Positions 18,926 through 26,693 of a DNA stretch of 36,050 nt are shown piece after piece. Numbering within the stretch: the first letter of the stretch is position 1; every line of letters starts with the position of its first letter. The notes under the pieces were generated by a model. The model had not been told where the DNA came from, did no database searches, and saw only the letters and a list, made by a program, of their open reading frames with translations. Source of the stretch: a virus (taxonomy: Duplodnaviria; Caudoviricetes); IMG/VR virus record IMGVR_UViG_3300025387_000040, positions 1-36,050 of that record; one strand, written 5' to 3'. A program made the position numbers and the translations under genes.

Positions 18926-18973
18926 GTAAGTAATTTAGTCCTATTTTTGCAAAAAATAATTGACCTAGATCAA
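18925..18973 (-). promoter_or_regulatory. leftward promoter with FNR/CRP-family box
   Basis: TTGACCTAGATCAA (18960-18973) matches TTGAY-N4-ATCAA; centred at -41.5 it puts TAAATT at -12..-7 and +1 at 18925. Confidence 0.6.
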
Positions 18974-18994
18974 GAAAATGAAAAATATTTTGAG

Positions 18995-19012
18995 TGTTGT
19001 ATTTTTACAACA
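18995..19012. promoter_or_regulatory. palindromic operator copy 1
   Basis: TGTTGTATTTTTACAACA. Confidence 0.65.
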
Positions 19013-19015
19013 GGG

Positions 19016-19071
19016 TGGGGCTGACTCCTCACGGAAGGATGTAATGGTCGGGGGAAACCAAGCCAGCCCCA
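19016..19071 (-). ncRNA. three-way-junction structured RNA candidate
   Basis: Closing stem TGGGGCTG/CAGCCCCA enclosing two hairpins; three positions pair as G.U only on the minus strand. Confidence 0.6.
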
Positions 19072-19078
19072 TGAATTA

Positions 19079-19849
19079 TTATAAACCCGATTTAAGTTGA
19101 TAGTATCTAAGAAGATGGAAAAAGCATTTCAAACCCTTTTGTAGGTCTGCTTCTTCTATTTCGCACAATTTTACTTCGTTAGTTAGGCCATTGACAAACA
19201 TAATCCCACATCTAGCACCTTCTAAGCCCAGCAATTCACGGTAAGCTGCCATCTGCATGATATGATCATCGTATGGAACGACTTTTTCCAAGGGGGTTTC
19301 TTTTGTCTTAAAATCTACAACCACGCCTAATATGCCCTTAACTTTATCTGCTTTGGCGTGTAAATCCACCTTGCCACCGAACTTTAGCTCTGTATGGCTG
19401 GCACTCTGCTCTGGAATCCATAATCTAGCCCCATACGCAGCTTGTAAGGCGTTTTCTATGTTACGGCAATAGGTAGGGATTGATTCAAGCAAAATACCGT
19501 CAAAAAAGCTCTCTATGATGGCGTGAATGGCACTACCACGATCGGCTGCTTGTTTGCCTTGGGCTTTACTGTCGCTTAATACTCGACTAAGCCACTCGGC
19601 TTCTTCTTCGCCCTCTAAGCGAGGTAATGTAAGCGCAGCGAGGATGGCCTGTTCTTGCTTCCATCTGTCAAGACCTGGCTTGGCTGCAACTCCCAAGACT
19701 GTTGTAACTGATGGCAATAAACCAAGTTTTTTAGCATCTCGTAAGGTTGTGTTCCTTTGTTTGCCATTCGCACCGATGATTTCGTAGGCTGGATTGCCCA
19801 TTTCGTCATACCAATGCCCACTTTCACTTGTCTGATCCTTTATTAGCAC
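19079..19849 (-). CDS. PD-(D/E)XK recombination exonuclease
   Basis: 'LPSVTTVL', 'RGSAIH', 'GGKVDL', 'VVDFKT', 'QMAAY'; near erf. Confidence 0.85.
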   Translation of the reverse strand: MLIKDQTSESGHWYDEMGNPAYEIIGANGKQRNTTLRDAKKLGLLPSVTTVLGVAAKPGLDRWKQEQAILAALTLPRLEGEEEAEWLSRVLSDSKAQGKQAADRGSAIHAIIESFFDGILLESIPTYCRNIENALQAAYGARLWIPEQSASHTELKFGGKVDLHAKADKVKGILGVVVDFKTKETPLEKVVPYDDHIMQMAAYRELLGLEGARCGIMFVNGLTNEVKLCEIEEADLQKGLKCFFHLLRYYQLKSGL

Positions 19850-20063
19850 TTTTTCTTCCCCTTTTTGGTTTTACTTCATCCGTGTTGATGTCATATACAA
19901 CTTCTACTGGAGCTGCTGGCACAACTTCTACTTCATATTGCGCTGGTATTTCTTGACCACACCAATCCGAGGGCATTTTATTAACGACCACAGGATTGAG
20001 CTTACAAGCTCCCATCATATCATTTTGATTAAATACAAAAAACTTACAAGATTTGCAAGTCAT
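19824..20063 (-). CDS. small Cys-rich (Zn-binding) protein
   Basis: CxxC...C...WCG pattern. Confidence 0.65.
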   Translation of the reverse strand: MTCKSCKFFVFNQNDMMGACKLNPVVVNKMPSDWCGQEIPAQYEVEVVPAAPVEVVYDINTDEVKPKRGRKSANKGSDK

Positions 20064-20269
20064 TAGATGCCTTTAGAGTAATTAGTAATTCTCATACTGT
20101 CCTCTTGGAACACGCATAAGTCTGATGCAACTAGCAGAACCGCTTTAATGACTGCTGCTAAATCTTCTGGTGTAAAGCTAATAAGTTGTTGTTCTTCGTC
20201 AACTCCAACCCCTTGCCATACTTTTTCCGTGTATTTAGTTTCAATGATGTCTTTAATTAAGTTCTGCAT
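20063..20269 (-). CDS. hypothetical protein
   Basis: AAGGAG RBS. Confidence 0.65.
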   Translation of the reverse strand: MQNLIKDIIETKYTEKVWQGVGVDEEQQLISFTPEDLAAVIKAVLLVASDLCVFQEDSMRITNYSKGI

Positions 20270-20280
20270 AGTGTTCTCCT

Positions 20281-20538
20281 TTAGAACGGAACGTCATCTA
20301 CAAATGGGTCTTTCTTGGGTAACTCGTCAGACCCTGCTTCTCTAAATCCTTGTGGGATTTTTTCTTTGCCGATTGAAATACTGAAAAACTTGCCCTTTTT
20401 ACCTTCTTTAACCCAACCCGAAAGCCAATGCTCTTTACCATTAACCATAATTGTGCCTGTATAGTCAGGATGGTTATCAGTCGTTTTACGGTCATTTTTA
20501 AATAAACTCCCTGAGCCTTCTTTTGGTGTATATGCCAT
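20281..20538 (-). CDS. small ssDNA-binding-like protein
   Basis: 'HPDYTG...WLSGW' core and SSB-type acidic tail DDVPF; directly after erf. Confidence 0.7.
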   Translation of the reverse strand: MAYTPKEGSGSLFKNDRKTTDNHPDYTGTIMVNGKEHWLSGWVKEGKKGKFFSISIGKEKIPQGFREAGSDELPKKDPFVDDVPF

Positions 20539-20548
20539 TTTCTTTCCT

Positions 20549-20986
20549 TTATAAAATATCTTTGGCGATTGACTTCATTGCACTACTAGACTTGCTTTGC
20601 ACGGCAGCGTTTGCATCGTCATCGGCTTGAACTACGCCAACAACTGCTGCAAGCGCATATCTACGCATATACGTTAGCGCAGAACCAGAGCCTTGTGCAT
20701 CAGGCTTAGATACAGGTAAAGACATTTCTTGACCAATCCACTCGCCAGAGCTGTGAGCTAAGATTGTTGTCATTGACATTGTGCCGTCAATATATTCGCC
20801 AGGAAACTGCATAACTGATAAGCCGTTTGCAGCCAAAAGATCACGACAAGCATCCCACACAGACTCCAAGTCAGCATACTTAGACTTGAAGAACGGATTT
20901 GCTGAATCTTTTTTTGCATGGCTCAATTTCCCCTGAACGATTGACAAAGCTGTTGCTAATTTAGCGATTGATTCTGATTGATTCAT
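20549..20986 (-). CDS. erf: ERF-family single-strand annealing protein
   Basis: '[11 protein letters not shown]', 'HSSGEWI', '[15 protein letters not shown]...DDD'. Confidence 0.92.
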   Translation of the reverse strand: MNQSESIAKLATALSIVQGKLSHAKKDSANPFFKSKYADLESVWDACRDLLAANGLSVMQFPGEYIDGTMSMTTILAHSSGEWIGQEMSLPVSKPDAQGSGSALTYMRRYALAAVVGVVQADDDANAAVQSKSSSAMKSIAKDIL

Positions 20987-21183
20987 TTTGCACCCCCAAA
21001 TACATTCCCAAAATCATTAATAACATCACGCAAAATTGGATGCACATGAGCATTGCGTGGTTTGCCACAAGCATGACGAATGATGTCAATTTGATCTTGT
21101 GTTGGCCATCCACACTCCATCGCATCTAATGCTTCTTCAAGTTGTTCTTCATGCTCTAACATCAGTTGGTGTAATTCACCCAT
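20983..21183 (-). CDS. hypothetical protein, first gene of the leftward early operon
   Basis: CGGGGGAA RBS. Confidence 0.7.
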   Translation of the reverse strand: MGELHQLMLEHEEQLEEALDAMECGWPTQDQIDIIRHACGKPRNAHVHPILRDVINDFGNVFGGAK

Positions 21184-21293
21184 TTCGTTCCCCCGAAAAA
21201 TATAGCGAAATTGCTATGATTAAACTTTAACATAACTAAAAAAGATTTGTAAAGTATTTGATTAATTTTATTTTTCTTGTTAACATTTGTTAA
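21184..21293. promoter_or_regulatory. divergent early promoters
   Basis: Rightward TTGATT(21258)-17 bp-TAACAT(21281) with extended TG; leftward TTTACA-18 bp-TAAAGT with extended TG; short inverted repeat ATAGC/GCTAT at 21202-21217. Confidence 0.65.
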
Positions 21294-21551
21294 ATGATCC
21301 CAAACAAAGCAAACTTTACGGATGAGCAAATTATTGGATTGCTCGGTGGCACTAAAAAAGTGTCGCTTTTATGCAACAAAACTCATTCCGCAGTCATCCA
21401 ATGGCAAACAAGAGGTATTCCATACGCTCAGTTATGTTATTTGGCAGCTCAAATAGAAAAAGAAAGTCATGGTTTAGTAACCAGAAAAGACTTATTTCCA
21501 GAGTCCTGGCACATCATTTGGCCTGAATTAAAGCAAACGGAAAAACAATGA
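21294..21551 (+). CDS. Cro/YdaS-like HTH regulator
   Basis: 'IIGLLGGTKKVS...SAVIQW..RGIP', 'VTRKDLFP..W..IWPEL'. Confidence 0.8.
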   Translation: MIPNKANFTDEQIIGLLGGTKKVSLLCNKTHSAVIQWQTRGIPYAQLCYLAAQIEKESHGLVTRKDLFPESWHIIWPELKQTEKQ

Positions 21552-22297
21552 ACTTCTATCCTTTTCACATAGGTGATTACATCAGCCATACAAGCCATTT
21601 AAGCGATGCAGAAGATTTGGCATATCGCAGAATGATTGACCTTTATTTTCAAACAGAAAAGCCGTTTAACGACATTTCTTGGGTTGCTAGAAAGGTTAAA
21701 TCTACTTTAGAAATAGTTGAGGTCTTGATTGCTGAGTTTTTTGTATTGGAAGATGGTGAATGGCATAACAAGAGAGCTGATCAAGAAATAGCTAAGTATC
21801 GTGCTATGCAAGCTGGGGGGCGCAAAGGGGCAAAAGTAAGGTGGGCAAAGGAAAAGGATAGCCCCCCTAATGCTACCCCAATGCCAACCAAGAACCAAGA
21901 ACCAAGAACCATTAACCATAAACCAAATATAAATACACCTGACGGTGTTTCTGAATCTTTGTTTAAAGATTATTTAGAAGTTCGCAAAGGGAAGAAAGCC
22001 AAATGGACAGAAACTGCTTACAAAGGATTACAAAGAGAAGCTGATAAAGCTAAAATGACTCTTTCAGAAGTAATGCAAATGTGTTGCGAAAGGGGTTGGG
22101 TTGGATTTAAAGCTGAATGGGTCAAAGAAGAAGCTATTAAACAGAAACAGTTACCTTTGGCTACAAACGAACAGATTGAAGAAGCTTACAGGGTGGAATG
22201 TGGTAAAGACCCAAAACTAGCTCGTTTTGGAAGTTATTACGAAATGCGAGAATATGTCATTAAACAAAGGGAATTGCGATCTAGAACACAGGCATAG
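21548..22297 (+). CDS. YdaU/DUF1376-family replication initiator
   Basis: 'MNFYPFHIGDYISHTSHLS..EDLAYRRMIDLY'; position after Cro. Confidence 0.85.
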   Translation: MNFYPFHIGDYISHTSHLSDAEDLAYRRMIDLYFQTEKPFNDISWVARKVKSTLEIVEVLIAEFFVLEDGEWHNKRADQEIAKYRAMQAGGRKGAKVRWAKEKDSPPNATPMPTKNQEPRTINHKPNINTPDGVSESLFKDYLEVRKGKKAKWTETAYKGLQREADKAKMTLSEVMQMCCERGWVGFKAEWVKEEAIKQKQLPLATNEQIEEAYRVECGKDPKLARFGSYYEMREYVIKQRELRSRTQA

Positions 22298-22463
22298 ATG
22301 CGCTATTCGCTATTTGTGTCATCTGCGCCACAAAAAAGGGTTAAGTTGGTTTAGAAATTACATTAGCGATAAAAACTTTAGTAAAGTGGTATTAGACGAT
22401 TTTTTTGAGCAATACAAACATGGAAATAAGGGGGAGTGGGGAACATGGAAAACTTTAGATTAA
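22254..22463 (+). CDS. hypothetical protein
   Basis: 'EHRHRCAIRYL...GNKGEWGTW'; fills the gap in the operon. Confidence 0.65.
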   Translation: MSLNKGNCDLEHRHRCAIRYLCHLRHKKGLSWFRNYISDKNFSKVVLDDFFEQYKHGNKGEWGTWKTLD

Positions 22464-22975
22464 TTGGCAACTTTGATCCAAAACCTGTAGAAGAAGAATT
22501 ACGTAAAAGCCAGTTTTGGGATTGGCTTAATCTGCGTAGAAATGATCCATCTTTAAAGCATACAGCCGTTAAAGACATTGTTTTACGGTTTCAGTCTGTA
22601 ATGTATGATTCAACTTATCAAAGCTTTTACGATGGTTTAAAGTGCGAAGATTACTTTTCTCAGCGTTACCATCCCAAGACCATGAACGTCATTTATGACG
22701 AGTTTCCTGTGCATTTATTAGGGCGTGTCATGGTGGCTAATTTAAAGCCAGGTGGCGTAATTGACTACCACATTGATGAAGGTAACTATGCCAAAAAACA
22801 TGACCGTTACCACATGGTTGTAACGTCTAATGACGATGTTACGTTTACATCAGGTAACGAAAGCTGCCACATGAATCCTGGCGAAATTTGGTGGTTTAAC
22901 AATCAAGCTTTACATTACGTTGCAAACCAAGGCAATGAAGATCGTATTCATATCATTGTGGATGTTTGGAAATGA
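22436..22975 (+). CDS. Asp/Asn beta-hydroxylase-family 2OG-Fe(II) oxygenase
   Basis: 'LKPGGVIDYHID' (HxD), 'GEIWWFNNQALHYVAN...DRIHIIVD' (distal His, 2OG-binding Arg); start may be ATG 22445. Confidence 0.85.
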   Translation: MGNMENFRLIGNFDPKPVEEELRKSQFWDWLNLRRNDPSLKHTAVKDIVLRFQSVMYDSTYQSFYDGLKCEDYFSQRYHPKTMNVIYDEFPVHLLGRVMVANLKPGGVIDYHIDEGNYAKKHDRYHMVVTSNDDVTFTSGNESCHMNPGEIWWFNNQALHYVANQGNEDRIHIIVDVWK

Positions 22976-23358
22976 AGATATTAATTATGGGATTGCCTGG
23001 TTCTGGCAAAACAACATTAGCTAAAAAGTTAGCTGCCAAGCACAATGCAATACATTTAAACGCAGATGATATGCGTAACAAAGTATGGACAGACTTAGAT
23101 TTTTCTATTTCATGTCGGATGATCCAAGCGCAACGTATGGGTTCTTTGTCAGATATTTTGTTGCAACAAGGTTTCAATGTTATAGCTGATTTTGTATGCC
23201 CAACAAACTATACTCGTGAGCTTTTTGGCCCAGCTAAGATTATTTGGATGGATACGATCAAACATAGTCGGTATGAAGATACTAATAAATTGTTTGAACC
23301 ACCAAAAAATTACTTTTTAAAAATTACCAACTTTGATTACGATGTGGATGCAATATGA
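22972..23358 (+). CDS. cysC: adenylylsulfate (APS) kinase-like P-loop kinase
   Basis: 'GLPGSGKTT', 'LNADDMR', 'DLDFS...R..QAQRM', 'VIADFVCP' follow the CysC motif order; shorter than cellular CysC. Confidence 0.72.
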   Translation: MKILIMGLPGSGKTTLAKKLAAKHNAIHLNADDMRNKVWTDLDFSISCRMIQAQRMGSLSDILLQQGFNVIADFVCPTNYTRELFGPAKIIWMDTIKHSRYEDTNKLFEPPKNYFLKITNFDYDVDAI

Positions 23359-23942
23359 CATCAATGTATTTACCAAAGCACAACTTAACTTTTGTGCATA
23401 TTCCTAAAAACGCTGGCACATCCATCATTAAATGGTTTACCAAATACAAGTCTTTTTTTGAGGCTGATCCTATTTTTAAAGGGCATCACGAAAGCTTGCC
23501 AATGATTGAAAAGATTGTTCCCAAAAGCACTACATTTGCTGTAGTTAGAAATCCGTATGACAGAATGGTTAGTTTTTATACTTTTGCCAAAAATGGTCAG
23601 ACAGAGTGGTGTGAGAATTTCCGCAATGCAAACAAATTGCAAGAATTTCCTGACTTTGCAACATGGGTAGATCAAATAGAGCAATACGACACGCTACATT
23701 GGTTTAAAACGACCACCAATCAGTTTGAATGGATACCACAAGGGGTAGATATACTAATGCGAACAGAATCGCTAGAAAACGATTTTAAGCCTGTTCAAAA
23801 GATTGTAGATTTTGGCGTAAGTTTAGACATAGAAAACAAATCTGAACGTGGGGATTACCATGATTACTACACAGACAAAGAAAAAAATAAAATAGCTAAA
23901 TTGTTTGAGAAAGATTTAGATTTATACAAATACACTTTCTAA
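23355..23942 (+). CDS. PAPS-dependent sulfotransferase (Sulfotransfer_2-like)
   Basis: 5'-PSB loop 'FVHIPKNAGTSI' and 3'-PB 'VVRNPYDRMVSFY'. Confidence 0.88.
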   Translation: MTSMYLPKHNLTFVHIPKNAGTSIIKWFTKYKSFFEADPIFKGHHESLPMIEKIVPKSTTFAVVRNPYDRMVSFYTFAKNGQTEWCENFRNANKLQEFPDFATWVDQIEQYDTLHWFKTTTNQFEWIPQGVDILMRTESLENDFKPVQKIVDFGVSLDIENKSERGDYHDYYTDKEKNKIAKLFEKDLDLYKYTF

Positions 23943-23948
23943 GGGGGA

Positions 23949-24164
23949 ATGGGGATGTTGGAAACAATTAAATGGTCAGGAACAATTATTTGTTTGATTG
24001 GAATAGGTTTAACAAGTTTTAATTTTTATCCAATAAACATTTATTTTGGATTAGTAGGTAGCGGATTGTGGGCCTTTGCTGGTCTTGCACAAAAAGATTA
24101 CCCTTTATTTTTGGTTGAATTTGTTGCGGTTTGTATGTACGCTGCAGGGATAATGTATATATGA
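23949..24164 (+). CDS. small 3-TM membrane protein
   Basis: Three hydrophobic segments in 71 aa. Confidence 0.7.
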   Translation: MGMLETIKWSGTIICLIGIGLTSFNFYPINIYFGLVGSGLWAFAGLAQKDYPLFLVEFVAVCMYAAGIMYI

Positions 24165-24757
24165 AAGTTCTTGTTGCTTGTGAGTTTAGCGGAACAGTTC
24201 GTGATACGTTCATTAGGGGGGGGCATGAAGCTATGAGTTGTGATTTAGAGCCTACAGAAGTGCCTGGGCCACATTACCAAGGCAATGTAATGGACATCAT
24301 TGGTGATGGCTGGGATTTAATGATTGCCCATCCACCATGCACACATTTGGCATCAAGCGGAGCTAGGCATTTTTCTAAAAAGATTGCAGATGGTCGGCAA
24401 CAACAAGGTATAGATTTCTTTATGTCATTAGCTAATTGCAATATTCCTCGCTATGCCATAGAAAATCCTGTTGGAATTATGTCTAGCAAATGGCGCAAAC
24501 CTGATCAAATAATTAATCCTTGGGAATACGGTCATGGCGTTACTAAAGCTACTTGCTTATGGCTTAAAGAGTTGCCATTATTAAAGCCTACAAACATAGT
24601 AGATAAGGGCCAAGTTTGGGTTGCGAAAAGCGGTAAACGCATGAGCCAATGGTATTACGACAGTAGTTGTTTGCCACCAAAAGAAAGAGAAAAAATGCGT
24701 AATAAAACATTTCAAGGTATAGCTGATGCTATGGCCCAGCAATGGGGTAGTTTATGA
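24161..24757 (+). CDS. DNA cytosine-C5 methyltransferase (short phage type)
   Basis: 'MKVLVACEFSG', catalytic 'AHPPC', 'IENPV', C-terminal 'KTFQGIADAMAQQWG'. Confidence 0.82.
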   Translation: MKVLVACEFSGTVRDTFIRGGHEAMSCDLEPTEVPGPHYQGNVMDIIGDGWDLMIAHPPCTHLASSGARHFSKKIADGRQQQGIDFFMSLANCNIPRYAIENPVGIMSSKWRKPDQIINPWEYGHGVTKATCLWLKELPLLKPTNIVDKGQVWVAKSGKRMSQWYYDSSCLPPKEREKMRNKTFQGIADAMAQQWGSL

Positions 24758-25083
24758 AAGAATTTAATCCACATGATTCGGTTCAATTTATCTATGAGAA
24801 AGCTCCTGACTATGCGAAAGCTAAAGGTGAGCTGGCGCAACTCGAAGTCTTTAAACACAGCCTTAAAGCAATTAAGATGGCGCAAGCGGATGGGGCATCC
24901 ATTGCAGCAAAAGAAATGGAAGCATACCGTAGCCCTGAATACCAAGAGCTATGTAAGGCTATAGGCACAGCCACAGAGCAAGCAGAAAAGTTAAAATGGC
25001 AACTTGAAGCAGCAAAAATGCGCTTTGAAGCTTGGCGCACAGAACAAGCTAACAACAGACAAATAGAGAAAATGACAACATGA
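24754..25083 (+). CDS. conserved phage helical protein
   Basis: 'EMEAYRSPEY...WRTEQANNR'. Confidence 0.7.
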   Translation: MKEFNPHDSVQFIYEKAPDYAKAKGELAQLEVFKHSLKAIKMAQADGASIAAKEMEAYRSPEYQELCKAIGTATEQAEKLKWQLEAAKMRFEAWRTEQANNRQIEKMTT

Positions 25084-25244
25084 CAGATTACGCTGATAAC
25101 TTATTAAAAATTAATAGACTTACAAAACATTTTCTTAATGCAGTATTGAAGCAGCGTAAGACAGAAGCGTATTTAATCGCTTGTCAGATCACAGAAACAG
25201 CTCAAGAACTTGAAGATTGGGCGAGTAAGCATAGTGTCCATTAA
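25080..25244 (+). CDS. 54-aa hypothetical protein (absent from ORF track)
   Basis: ATGA-coupled ORF MTDYADNLLKINRL...SKHSVH. Confidence 0.65.
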   Translation: MTDYADNLLKINRLTKHFLNAVLKQRKTEAYLIACQITETAQELEDWASKHSVH

Positions 25245-25253
25245 AGGAAAAGT

Positions 25254-26024
25254 ATGAATATCGTATCGTATGGTGCTGGCACTAATAGCACAGCAATGTT
25301 GATTGAAATGTTAAATCGTAAAATACCATGCGATCTAATTACTTTTGCTGATACTGGTGGTGAAAGGCCCGAAACCTATGAATATATGAGAATGTTCAGC
25401 GATTGGTTGGTTTCCAAAGGATTTCCAGCTATTGTTTATGTAAAAGCTGAAACACCTAGTAAACACATGGGTCTTGAACAATTTTGCTTAGATCACAAAA
25501 CTTTGCCATCTATTGCATTTGGATACAAAAAATGCAGTCAACAGTTCAAAGGTGAACCACAGGATAAATACATTAAGAATCATCCTATGGTTCAAGAAAT
25601 ATGGGCGAGAGGCGAAAAAGTTAATAAATACATTGGCTATGATGCTGATGAGCCACATCGTGCTAATCGTGTATTAGATGAAAAAATAACTAAAAAATTC
25701 AATATGCAATACCCATTGGTTGAATGGAATATGGGTAGAGATGAGTGCATTGAATCAATAAAAAATGCTGGTTTGCCTTTACCTGGCAAATCAGCTTGCT
25801 TTTTTTGTCCTAGCTCAAAACCAAAAGAAATACTGCAAATGGCAAAAACACACCCTGATTTGATAAAAAGAGCTTTAGCTTTAGAAGAAAATGCAAAAGA
25901 ATGTTTTACTGCAATTAAAGGGCTTGGAAGAAATTGGTCATGGAAAGAACTAATTGATGCAGACAATGCTCAAATGAAAATGTTTGCAAGTGAAGTTCCA
26001 TGTGAATGTTACGATGGCGATTAA
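25254..26024 (+). CDS. PAPS-reductase-family (PP-loop) protein
   Basis: 'IVSYGAGTNSTAM', 'FADTGGERPETY', 'IGYDADE', 'YPL', 'KSACFFCP', terminal CEC. Confidence 0.8.
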   Translation: MNIVSYGAGTNSTAMLIEMLNRKIPCDLITFADTGGERPETYEYMRMFSDWLVSKGFPAIVYVKAETPSKHMGLEQFCLDHKTLPSIAFGYKKCSQQFKGEPQDKYIKNHPMVQEIWARGEKVNKYIGYDADEPHRANRVLDEKITKKFNMQYPLVEWNMGRDECIESIKNAGLPLPGKSACFFCPSSKPKEILQMAKTHPDLIKRALALEENAKECFTAIKGLGRNWSWKELIDADNAQMKMFASEVPCECYDGD

Positions 26025-26314
26025 TGGCAACCAAAAGTGAAAAGAACGCTTTCCGTAAGATTGCAGAACTCGGATGTATTTTATGTTCCGAAGTCCTTGG
26101 GTTTGAAGGCACTCCGTCAGAACTCCATCACATACGCAGGTATGGAAACAAGCGGTCTGCATCCCCTGTCATCCCATTATGCCCAGAACACCATCGGGGA
26201 AATAGTGGCGTTCACGGATTGGGTCACAAAGGTTTTAGCAATAAATGGGGCGTTACCGAGGCGTGGTTATTGGAACGAGTCAATCAGAAACTTGGAAAAG
26301 GAAATGGCGAATGA
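26024..26314 (+). CDS. Ref-like HNH nuclease
   Basis: 'LGCILC...ELHHIR...IPLCPEHHRG..GVH'. Confidence 0.8.
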   Translation: MATKSEKNAFRKIAELGCILCSEVLGFEGTPSELHHIRRYGNKRSASPVIPLCPEHHRGNSGVHGLGHKGFSNKWGVTEAWLLERVNQKLGKGNGE

Positions 26315-26344
26315 CAACATTTACTACGGAAGACCGATTGGCAG

Positions 26345-26692
26345 CTAAAGCTCAAGAGGATCAAAACCCAATTCAAACGAGATACGGTGCGCTCTATTAC
26401 GAAATTCCTTATCGTGGTGAGTCCACTTGTTTGTCTTGTGACGGCTCATGTGGATACATTCATGGCACAAAACACGCATCACAGTATCAAGATGACCACA
26501 ACGAGCAGCTGAAATAGTAATCGTATGTTCGTATTCCTCGCCTGTGTCGTATAGATAAGTTCCCATTGTTTGTGGGTCTTTATCCACTACAAACTTGATT
26601 TCATCAGGCAAAGGCATATCCCAGCGATCAAAAGGCTTCATGCAATAAATTGCTGAATACAGGTTACGGATTATTGCTGGTGTTAGTTTCAC
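26345..26692 (-). CDS. SprT-like zinc metallopeptidase
   Basis: 'LCHECIH' HExxH plus 'HDKEF'. Confidence 0.78.
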   Translation of the reverse strand: MKLTPAIIRNLYSAIYCMKPFDRWDMPLPDEIKFVVDKDPQTMGTYLYDTGEEYEHTITISAARCGHLDTVMRVLCHECIHMSRHKTNKWTHHDKEFRNRAHRISFELGFDPLEL

Positions 26693-26693
26693 T

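Noticed and set aside
19016-19071. CsrA/RsmA-sponge sRNA on the + strand (CACGGAAG and GGGGGA loops)
   Set aside because: Only two loops, no clear rightward promoter, and G.U versus A.C pairing favours the minus strand; kept only as a fallback reading
25254-26024. Complete Dnd/Ssp phosphorothioation system or a true cysH auxiliary gene
   Set aside because: No partner genes are present and the motifs support only a family-level call
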